A program made the translations under genes and the position numbers. This document shows positions 23,451-32,617 of a stretch of 32,617 bases of DNA, piece after piece. Numbering within the stretch: the stretch's first letter is position 1; each line of letters begins with the position of its first letter. Origin of the DNA: Octopus bimaculoides (taxonomy: Eukaryota); NCBI RefSeq assembly GCF_001194135.2, contig NC_068994.1:26210883-26243499 (forward strand), read 5' to 3'. The notes beneath the pieces were generated by a model. The model had not been told where the DNA came from, did no database searches, and saw only the letters and a list, made by a program, of their open reading frames with translations.

Positions 23451-23452
23451 CT

Positions 23453-25200
23453 TATGATGAAGTTAATGTAGTTAAAATGGCTAGGAAATCGTTGATTAAA
23501 TATAATAATAAACTGTGAGCTAGGAAGTATACTAGGGACTATTTTGATATACCAATGGGGGCAACCGATTCAACACAGGTAACTGATTTAGTAGGTATAT
23601 ATTTATTATCAAAACTTCAATTGGAAAACTTAAAATTGGAGGGTGGTTTATATAGGGATGACCTTTTATTACTAACTAAGGATTGCACCAATAAAACACT
23701 AGAATTATTTAAGAAGAAACTATATAGTTTTTTTTTAAAGAAATGGATTAACGATTACTATATATAATGAGAACTATGATGTTAATTATTTAGATGCTAA
23801 TTTTAATTTAATAACAGGTAAAACCCAACCATTGCATAAAATTAATGAAAACATTAGATATATTAATGCTAATAGTAATCATTCACCTTCAATTAAGAAA
23901 TTGTTGACATATAATATAGGTAAGAGAATATCGTTACTTTCTTCTAATTTTGAGATTTTCTAAAACTTTAATAATTCTTTAATAATTCGAAATATAATTA
24001 TAATATCAAAGATTATAATATTAATAATCTATTTATTTTCTGTAATAATAAACATAACATTAAGAATTATGATAAGGTCTGCTTGGGTAATAATGGTAAG
24101 AATAATATGTATTATGATAATAAAGAACATAAACATAATTATAATGGACAAAATAATAAGATTAAATTTAATTCATTTAATGATAATAATAAATTTAATA
24201 ATATAAATAATAAATATAATAATATCAATAATAAGAACAAAATTAGGCTAATTATTCCTTACGGCGTTCAAGTTAAAACTAACATTATTAAAGAGATTTT
24301 AAATCTAATTGATATATTCCTTAGAGATAATAAAAAAATATAATAATATTTTTTCTAGTAATAATTTGGGAGTTGGTTATTCTACTACTAATAATGTTGG
24401 TAACATTATTTCTTCTTTTAATAAATTTAAGTTAAATAAGTTTTACAAATATAAATTAAACGCTTATTCTAATAATAATAATAAGGACAAGGATATAATT
24501 AATTGTACATGTAGAGATAAGACCAAATGTAAATTTAATAATAAATGTGATTTGAAGGATGTGGTGTATAAATGTATAGTGACTTTAATTGATGGGAATA
24601 AATTTAATGGTTATAATTTAAATAAGATTTACATAGGCGCGGGAGTGGCTGTGTGGTAAGTACCTTGCTTACCAACCACATGGNNNNNNNNNNAAGTGTC
24701 TTCTACTATAGCCTCGGGCCGACCAAAGCCTTGTGAGTGGATTTGGTAGACGGAAACTGAAAGAAGCCCGTCGTATATGTGTATATATGTATGTGTGTGT
24801 GTATGTCTGTGTTTGTCCCCCCCAACATCGCTTGACAACCGATGCTGGTGTGTTTACGTCCCCGTAACTTAGCGGTTCGGCAAAAGAGACCGATAGAATA
24901 AGTACTAGGCTTCCAAAGAATAAGTCCTGGGGTCGATTTGTTCGACTAAAAGTGGTACTCCAGCATGGCCACAGTCAAATGACTGAAACAAGTAAAAGAG
25001 TAAAGAGTATAGGATCGACTTCGAATAAAATTAGATTATGTGTGGCTTAACACACGAATTCCTTTAAGAATAGAAATTTGTGTTGTATTCAGTATAAGAT
25101 TAGACTGTAAATGAGAAATGAGCTATCTGTATTTACACAACAATAATATTATTCAAATATATAATTTTTTTGAAGTTTTGCATATTTGAAATGTTCTATG
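23453..25200 (+). mobile_element. AT-rich PLE remnant: RT core to GIY-YIG, interrupted by a SINE
   Basis: FDIPMGATDSTQVTDLVGIYLL..GGLYRDD (catalytic), LIIPYGVQVKTNI, YSTTNNVGNIISSFN, CTCRDKTKCKFNNKC..VVYKC..KIYIG/STSNKIR. 3' boundary approximate. Confidence 0.9.
24636..25008 (+). mobile_element. tRNA-headed SINE, family 2, full length
   Basis: Head GGCGCGGGAGTGGCTGTGTGG (A-box-like); body matches 8435-8822; candidate TSD ATAGG at 24633-24637 and 25009-25013. Confidence 0.92.
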
Positions 25201-25628
25201 AATAAATCTGAATAAATTGTATCAAATCTTTGTTTTTTGGGTTGTTTTTTTACTTCAAGGACTCAAGTTTCTCAAGTTTATGTCATAAAGAATTTGTGAC
25301 ATTGTAACGAGTAACATTGATTGTAAGATTGGAAACCTTTATAATGAGAGTAAAACACATGCAGGTTGTTGTTTAGGCCTGTCAAAGTAGTTTTTCTTTC
25401 ACCAACTGCTGATGTAGTCATAGCCAATCTGTTGGAACATCTACTTGGTTGTTTTACTTGTTAGGAAAAGCAGCTATATCTCCTTCAAATTATGCTCTAC
25501 CATCTTTGATAAGGAAATAACACATTAGACAATGCTGTTCAGCATTTGTGTAAAAAGATAAGGTGGTCACAGTTGGAATACACTTGATCATATGTCTGTC
25601 TGGTCTACTGGAACTAATCTGGAGTAAA

Positions 25629-25683
25629 AGGAGGAGGAGGAGGAAGAGGAGGAGAAGTAAAACGAGGAGGAAGAGGAGGAGGA
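25629..25683. repeat. (GAG)n purine repeat
   Basis: Direct reading. Confidence 0.9.
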
Positions 25684-25930
25684 ACTCAAATTGAAACTAC
25701 TTCTGGATAAAGTTCTTTGAATAACCCACAGAGAAAAGAAAAGGTTTAGGGATTAATATTAAAACTGACAGATCTGGAGTAGAGAGGGCATGTTATTGAC
25801 GAGGTTGTAAATAGTGACAAAAAGATGTTGATAAACCTAGCCAACTGATTAACTGACTGAATGATTAATCAAACAATTGAAAAGAAAAAAGAAGTGAAAT
25901 AAAACCAGTGTGTCTATTATTACATCTACA

Positions 25931-26350
25931 GGCAATAAAGGATTTCTCTTACAATGTCAAGGGCAGATAGTACGATGCTTGCATTGGAAGTGAGCTGCTG
26001 CATGGCAGTGAAACATGGGCCTTGAATGCAGAAAATGTGAAAACTAGAAAAAAACTGAGATGAACATATTTCATTGGTTGTGCTGTAAAGGTGCATGAAC
26101 GACAAATTATAAATGAACTGTGATAAGAAGAATCAGATGTAGTGTGCAAAAGAAGAGACCGCAATAGTATGGCTGCATGGTGCAGATGGAGGATGACAGC
26201 TGCATAATGAGTACTGAATGCTCAGAGTGAATTGTACCTGTGGAAGAGGTTGACAAAAGAAGGCTTGGGATATGATAATGAAAAATGATCTCAAATATTA
26301 TATCTGATGAAGGAGATTACAGAAGACTATGTCAGCTGCTGATAGGTAGT
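25931..26350 (+). mobile_element. RTE-type LINE ORF2 C-terminal fragment, disabled
   Basis: VKGR*YDACIGSELLHGSETWAL, IRCSVQKKRPQ*YGCMVQMEDDSCI, CGRG*QKKAWD..KNDL. Confidence 0.8.
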
Positions 26351-26819
26351 ACTTCTGATTTCCTGCACAAACTTCTTAGAATGGCTGCTAAAATAGTTGG
26401 ATAATCTTCTCTCCTCCTAGCCTACACCTATTCTATACCCTCTCATTGCTTTATCAGCTCATCTATTCTTCTACCATGACACTCACCCTTTGAATTCTGA
26501 ATAGCCCCTACCGCCATCACTCACATTGTACTTTCCCTCCTTCCTCTATCCTGTATCATGATACTTCAGTGGGGAGGGAAGGATTGGACTCTTGCAACCT
26601 TCACTCACACTTTCTCAGTCATTTGTTAACTTGCTCTCTTCTGTTCACCTTTTTTGGCATGTTACTTTGAGAATATACTCTAGCACCTCTTCCTTCTCTA
26701 TCACTCTCTCCACTACCACCCTCTCACAACAATAGATTCATTCCTCCTATCATACTGTAACTTCTTCCAATACTCATTCTTTCTCCTATTCTCTCTTTCA
26801 GTGGTGGAAACTTTGTTTT

Positions 26820-27032
26820 TACTGTCTGATTGGTGCTGGTGGTACAGAACAAAAATACATTCAGTACTTTCTGCAAAAGGTTTGGCATCAGGAAGGGAAT
26901 CCAGCCACAGAAACCACACCAAAACTAAAGCATTGGAGCAAGATGCAGTCCTCCAATTCATCAGATCAGGACAAACCATCTAACTCATGCCTGCATGGAA
27001 AGTGGGTGTAAAATGATGAGGAAAATTATGAT
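26820..27032 (+). mobile_element. RTE-like 3' tail repeat (preceded by pyrimidine-rich 26400-26810)
   Basis: TTGGCATCAGGAAGGGAATCCAGCCACAGAAACC..CTCATGCCTGCATGGAAAGTGGGTGTAAAATGATGA. Confidence 0.7.
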
Positions 27033-27475
27033 AATACATATTCACAAATATACACATGTACACATAACCACATTTGCACATATATACATACACACATACA
27101 CATGCACACAAAATACATGTGTGTGTGTGTGTGTGCATATATGTGTGTGCATGTGTGTATACATAACTATAATTCTTTCAGAACTGCCAATAACTGTACA
27201 TAGATGCCTGAGGAAAAAGTTAATGAAAGAGATCTCCCCACCAAATCTCAGACATAAAACCGTCATTACAGCTACTAAGCTCCAAATATGAATTGCAATC
27301 ATTAAGTGCTCTTACATGCAATACCAAGCTGCTTAACAATTTAAATATCCATTTTGTCTGCTTGGCTGTCAATTATGCTCTCTTTTTTTCTCTCATTCTT
27401 CTCTCACTTTCTCTATCTTTCACTCTCTTTCACTTAACTTTCAATGTATTCAGTGATATAAGATATAATATGCAA

Positions 27476-27526
<51 letters not shown>

Positions 27527-27550
27527 CACACACATTATATATATATATAT
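27476..27550. repeat. (CA)n then (TA)n microsatellite
   Basis: Direct reading. Confidence 0.95.
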
Positions 27551-28519
27551 AAACAATGAATTAAATAGATACAATTGACAATCCAATAATTTATCTATAT
27601 TATAATATAACATAATATACTATGAATATAAATATAATATAATATAGCATTAAAAAATCATTAAAAAAACAAAATAACCAAAACTTTTTTTTTAACTTAT
27701 ATACATTTTTTGATATATAAACAATTCAGTTCACTTATATAAGTCTCATCAGAGCTAAAATTTAAAGAGAGATGAAATTCCATGTGAAAGGACGGCTAGA
27801 TAGTAAAAGAATTAATTCAAAAGCCTATGCATTATGAGCGTGAGTGTTATCATTTCAACTACATAGCAATTACAATTAAAAAACAACAAAATTATAACAG
27901 ACAAAATAAGTAGAATCTACAACTATCGAAATGATATTAATCCAAACTCGTTTAGTTCAAAGACAATCTTTTGCTATTATAACATACAACAACAATATAT
28001 AGGTATTTAAATTAACTATCAGGGTCTTACTTAATATAGAGACTGTAATAAAATGTGTAAAAAAATATAAATGATAATTACATTGGTAATATATAAGAAC
28101 TCTTCTATTTATTTAAAGTTATTGATATAAAGAAGATTGTTTAAAGTAACTAATAAAAAATGTTCTTTATTCATTTAGTTTATTGGAGGGAGAATTCCAT
28201 AATAGATACCTAGAGAAACCTAACAAAAATGTTCTTCGTTTACTTCATTTATCATGAGGAGAATTCCATAATAAATATGAAGATAAACTTAGAACTACAA
28301 TCACTAGAACCTAAATTACCCCATAGATATAGAATTAGGCTATAATAATGGATATGAAATTTTACTAGTTTTTTAGAAGTAACCAGATTTGAAGTTACTT
28401 AAATAAGGATATTATGGAAGGGAGAACTCAGAAAATAAAAATTAAGTAATATAAAATCATTAAAAACCAAAAGGCAGAAACAGGAGTTACATGGTTGCAT
28501 AAAATTGTACACATACAGT

Positions 28520-28780
28520 GTCTATCTATCTACATATATATATATATATAGATAGATAGATACACACACACACATATATATATGCATATATATATGCATA
28601 TATATATATNNNNNNNNNNNNNNNNNNNNNNNNNNNNNNNNNNNNNNNNNNNNNNNNNNNNNNNNNNNNNNNNNNNNNNNNNNNNNNNNNNNNNNNNNNN
28701 NNNNNNNNNNNNNNNNNNNNNNNNNNNNNNNNNNNNNATACATACATACATACATACATACATATATTCATACATACATA
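28520..28780. repeat. TA/TATC/TACA simple repeats around an assembly gap (N 28610-28737)
   Basis: Direct reading. Confidence 0.85.
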
Positions 28781-29225
28781 TATACCATAAAAACACATGT
28801 AACTTATGCCCTTTATTCTGCAAGAATAAAAATAAACTTTAGTGGGTGCATAAATTATATGAGTAGATTGTTTCCAGAATTTTTTTGAATTTTTTTTGTT
28901 GAAAAAGGATGTACAAAACGTAAACATTCATACTGGAAGTTGACTCATTTAATGACAGAATGGGTTTTTACAGATAAAATAATGGCTTAAATATAATGAA
29001 GGAGACTTTTATTCATGTTGGAGGGTATAATGCTTACTTTTTCTGTATAAATTTACTAAAACTATTAAATGGTTAACTACTTTTTGAAGTCTGATGTTCA
29101 TGCTGGTAAACACGGTCTGGGCCATATTTTTCATTGCTTGGAGTTTCTACCTATCGCAATGGAGCACCATTGACATAGTGATATGGATATTTCTAACTGA
29201 AAAAATGTAATGATATAGATAATCT

Positions 29226-29535
29226 TACATTTCTAAATCTCTCAGAGAGATTTATGCAGTAGCAGCACGATAAAGTGATAGTATGTTGTCAACTTAATGT
29301 GACAGTCCCATGAAAGGGAAGAATACTGCTATTATTTAGCCCTAGGAAAAACACCGTTTCCTGTTGGACTTGACACATTTCCTGTGTCCTTATGTTTTCA
29401 AAGTGAAGATAAGCACCTCCACCCAGCAAAGCCAGCATCCCAGAGACTAGTTTCAAAGTCACATTAAGTTGACAACATTCAATCACTTTATCGTGCTGCT
29501 ACTGCATAAACCTCTCTGAGAGATCTAGAAATGTA
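29226..29535. repeat. Inverted repeat: 78-bp arms (74/78 identical) around a 154-bp spacer
   Basis: Arms 29226-29303 and 29458-29535. Confidence 0.95.
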
Positions 29536-29874
29536 TTATTTCTCTTTTCAAAAATCAGTGAATATATTTCACTTGAAATATATGTTTTCAAAGGCGGATA
29601 GGCATTGACAGCTAGCAAAGCCACGCCTTTTACATCTGCGACATGTTGTCTTCAGTTTGTTACTTGCAGTATGTGAGTTCCTTTCCTGTTCTGTTTATTG
29701 AAAATTTGTGTTATTTGAAGTGAAATATTTAAATTGAAATTGAACTGTTGTCCTTTGAAAAATGGTCGCCCTGTTGGGTAGAAAAATTTCTGTAATTTTG
29801 AGAACTGTGATTTTTACAAAAATATTTTCTGGAGATTTTCTTGTCATTTGTGAAAAGGGTGAAGAAACGAAGTT

Positions 29875-31205
29875 ATGGAGACCCAACCAGCCATCAGCTA
29901 TGCTGCAACAACGGGAAGAGGTATGAATAACAACGTTTTGCAGGTTAAAGAAGGGAAATTCGACGAGAGGAGACTGAAAAAGGAGAATGAATAGTTAAGG
30001 AAGGAAGTAGCCTGAGGCTGACCCCACCAAAAGAGGTAATGGAGGAAACAGCAAAAAAAAAAACAAAAAAACTGTTGTGTATAGAACGCTACCAAACTCA
30101 AGCAAAAGGGTGAAAATAGCAACCATTGAAGCAATGGAGAAGTGTCTTAAGGATATCAAGCACCTTACCACTTACTACACCAGAGGCAAGAAGTACGGCA
30201 CAGTGGAAGTTCGGTTTGCAACCAAACAGGATGCAATAAAGTGCTCCACATGAGGTTGGAAGAATGGGCACTTCTGCCAACCTACTGTGGCAAACGTGTG
30301 GCCAGAATTAGAATTGGCAGATTCAAACGTGGCTGGTAACAACCATCCTCTTCAATGCGGAGGAGAAGACCAATATGCTGAAGGTAATGAGGACAACACA
30401 GGTAAACTGGTTTGGATACGGCCTTGAGGTGACAGTCCAAATCAGTTTGCCAGACCTGCATAAAATTGTTGACGAAATTATGTTGTAAGAGGATGTTAAA
30501 TTAAGAGAGGTAGTGGAGGGAAGACCTCCCATCTGCTACCACTGTGGAATATGGGGACACATGCAAGCAAGGTGTCCCCAGAAACAAGAAGTAGAACAGG
30601 AGCAGCAGTAGGAGGAGGTGGAACAAGAAGTGGTAGCACAAAGCCAAATAAGTGAAGAGAAGGAAAACGTAGAAGAAAAATACTCAGTTGGTAAAAGGAA
30701 AAAGAAAAGAGATGAAAATGCATATTCACCACCAAAAAAACTGCAAAAAAAGAGAAAAGGCAACTTAGAGGAGATACAAATTGAAAGAACAGAAATAACA
30801 AAAAAGAAAATTACAGAAGTATGCAGAAAGAAAAGGAAACAACAATAAAGAGTAAGAGTGAGATAGAGATGGTTGAGACACAAAAACCAGGAACGTCAGG
30901 AGAGAATAGAGATGGGAAATGGGAAGGAGTAGCGAAAGGAAAAAAATGCGAGGATGATGATAGAATATAAAAAGAGCATAGAAATAGAGAAGTGGATCAC
31001 TAAATTGAAAAACGTAATCAGAGTGAAATTGTCAGGGATGGAGCATACCGAAGACGGCAGGGCAGTTTTGCTAGAGAGAGAGAAAATAGAAAGATTAAAA
31101 GAATTGTTTGGTGAACAAATTGTATTATCGGAGTTGTGGATATGATGCGATGAACTACTACCAGTAGTGCCATTTGAAGACATAGTGCAGTACTTAGTCA
31201 ATTGA
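29875..31205 (+). pseudogene. Decayed gag/ORF1-like nucleic-acid-binding protein with CCHC zinc knuckle
   Basis: METQPAISYAATT start; RGKKYGTVEVRFAT (RRM-like, tentative); LLPTYCGKRVARIRIG; VVEGRPPICYHCGIWGHMQARC (CX2CX4HX4C at 30534-30575); K/E-rich tail. Several stops and frameshifts; no RT or endonuclease follows. Confidence 0.8.
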
Positions 31206-31453
31206 AAGTAAGTGGAATTTGTAAAATTAAAATGTTTTAAAAATGGAAGAACAATGAACTGTTCATGAATATGTGTTGCATAAACAGTTAAATGACACTA
31301 CCTGCGTTTGGGGCACAGGTAAGAGAGTTCATTTTTCATTATATCATTATATTCATATTCATTCGATTTATGTTTTATGTACCCCACTGTATTGTGTTGT
31401 CTGTCTTTGTTCATTCCTTCTTTGTAAGAGCCAATGTGCTCATAATAAAGAAT

Positions 31454-31527
31454 AAAGCCAGCAAGCCATGTTACTCCAGACTGATGATGAGCAATGACTC
31501 TGAAACTAGTCTCTGGATGCTGGATTT
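31454..31527 (+). ncRNA. Minimal type I hammerhead ribozyme motif
   Basis: TCCAGA-CTGATGA-TGAGCAATGACTCT-GAAAC-TA-GT-C-TCTGGA. Helix I 6 bp perfect, extended past an 11-nt bulge by AAAGCCAGCA/TGCTGGATTT (9/10). Palindromic helix III ACTAGT. Predicted cleavage after C31511. Helix II is weak (GAG/CTC with a T.T at its base). Confidence 0.8.
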
Positions 31528-31684
31528 GCTGGGTGGAGGTGCTTATCTTCACTTTGAAAACATAAGGACACAGGAAATGTGTCAAGTCCAACAGGAAACG
31601 GTGTTTCCTAGGGCTAAATAACAGTAAAATTCTTCCCTTTCATGGGACTGTCACATTAAGTTGGCAACATACTATCACTTTATG

Positions 31685-31874
31685 GATAATCTTGATTGTA
31701 TGTTTTTATTTTTGTCCGTTTATTACTAGGCACAGTTTTAAGTTTGTCATACTGTTTACACCAATTTTGAACATTGGCGTCATTAACATTAAAATACCTT
31801 CTGGCAGCTCTACTGTCATGTTCAAATGCATATTCAACATACTTAATTTCCCCTTCGCAGTAAATGATCCACAA
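31685..31874 (-). mobile_element. pogo/Tigger-like transposase N-terminal (Brinker-type HTH) fragment
   Basis: KYVEYAFEHDSRAARRYFNVNDANVQNWCKQYDKLK resembles the pogo-family DNA-binding domain; no TIR confirmed. Confidence 0.65.
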
Positions 31875-31989
31875 GTTTTGCCCATACTAACAATAATAGT
31901 AACATTTAATGAGTTTGAAAGGGATTAAAATTTTGATACTCCGTATCAAAGATTCCGACAAGAATAGGTGGAAAAAAATAGTTTGCCTT

Positions 31990-32138
31990 TGGAAGAGCAT
32001 CTAGCTATAAAACCATACCGAAACAGACACAATAGCTTGGTGTACTCTTCTACCTGCCTGGCTCCTGTCAAACTCTTCAACCCATGCTAGCATGGAAGGT
32101 GGACGTTAAACAATGATGATGATGATGATGATGATGAT
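31990..32138 (+). mobile_element. RTE-like 3' tail fragment ending (GAT)n
   Basis: GGAAGAGCATCTAGCTATAAAACC..CCCATGCTAGCATGGAAGGTGGACGTTAAACAATGATGATG. Confidence 0.75.
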
Positions 32139-32589
32139 ATATATGTGTGTGAATGTGTGTGTGTGATGTGAAAACATGTAGTCTGCTGGTTAGGTTGTTA
32201 TACTCATAATCATGAGGATCAATGTGAATGGATCAAATAAATGTTTACCTGAAATAGTGCAGATCCTGTTCAAATCTAAGATCCCTAACTCTCTATCAAA
32301 CCCTAGATCAGAATTTTTCAGCAGTTGTATGCATATGTATAAATATATATTGAAGAATTGGAAAATTCCACCTATTCCTGACTAACTTGATATTTTTCAA
32401 GCCCTATGATTTAACATCTAAGGAGGATAGCTCTTTTGCCTTTTAACATTTCTTCTATTACCCAATTTTTTTTAGTTCATTATATGTGGTGTGTACCAGA
32501 AGAATATATTTGAGTATTTCTCAGCATATGAAACTATTAGTAGCACTTAAATATATGTATTGAGCTCTTTAAATGAATAATAATTATAT

Positions 32590-32617
32590 ATTTATATATA
32601 TATATATATATATATAT
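32590..32617. repeat. (TA)n microsatellite
   Basis: Direct reading. Confidence 0.9.

Larger units (their letters stand above)
29226..31683 (+). mobile_element. Putative non-autonomous retroelement: gag/ORF1-like frame, hammerhead motif and PLE-like direct plus inverted termini
   Basis: 29271-29460 is the reverse complement of 31496-31683 (~95% by manual count). 29458-29491 is directly repeated at 31650-31683. Internal CCHC ORF remnant; hammerhead at 31454-31527. Confidence 0.7.

Noticed and set aside
25334-25367. AACCT..ATAATGAGAGTAAAACACATGCAGGTT downstream of a PLE, resembling a ruined hammerhead
   Set aside because: Both core segments are mutated and there is no helix II; too degenerate to claim.
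26940-26970. Minus-strand CTGATGA followed by a 7-bp stem (ATTGGAG/CTCCAAT)
   Set aside because: The stem is followed by GCTT rather than GAAA, and the site lies within the RTE-like tail repeat.
29271-31683. Reading the ~190-bp inverted ends as DNA-transposon TIRs
   Set aside because: No TSD or transposase; the left copy extends beyond the right one and starts mid-hammerhead, which fits a retro-inversion better.
1-32617. CRISPR arrays, rRNA, prokaryotic promoters or terminators
   Set aside because: No repeat-spacer periodicity or rRNA similarity; the window is eukaryotic repeat-rich DNA.

Overview
AT-rich eukaryotic non-genic DNA (intergenic or intronic) from a draft assembly with N gaps. 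It is almost entirely transposon debris and microsatellites. The SINE families and repeat mix suggest an octopus/cephalopod genome (inference from recognition, not a search). No host protein-coding gene could be supported. Contents: at least five Penelope-like element (PLE) remnants, three RTE-type LINE fragments plus five RTE-like 3' tails, two tRNA-headed SINE families, a gag-only LTR element, a complete but disabled mariner nested inside a hAT MITE, and a pogo-like fragment. The most unusual object is a ~2.4 kb element at 29226-31683. It has a single decayed gag/ORF1-like reading frame (CCHC knuckle) and no RT. It also carries a minimal type I hammerhead ribozyme motif, and its termini are arranged as a short direct repeat plus an inverted partial copy, as in PLEs. 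A second hammerhead motif with an intact core lies on the minus strand at 11928-12015. All translations, alignments and base-pairings were done by eye; boundaries without a TSD or TIR are approximate.
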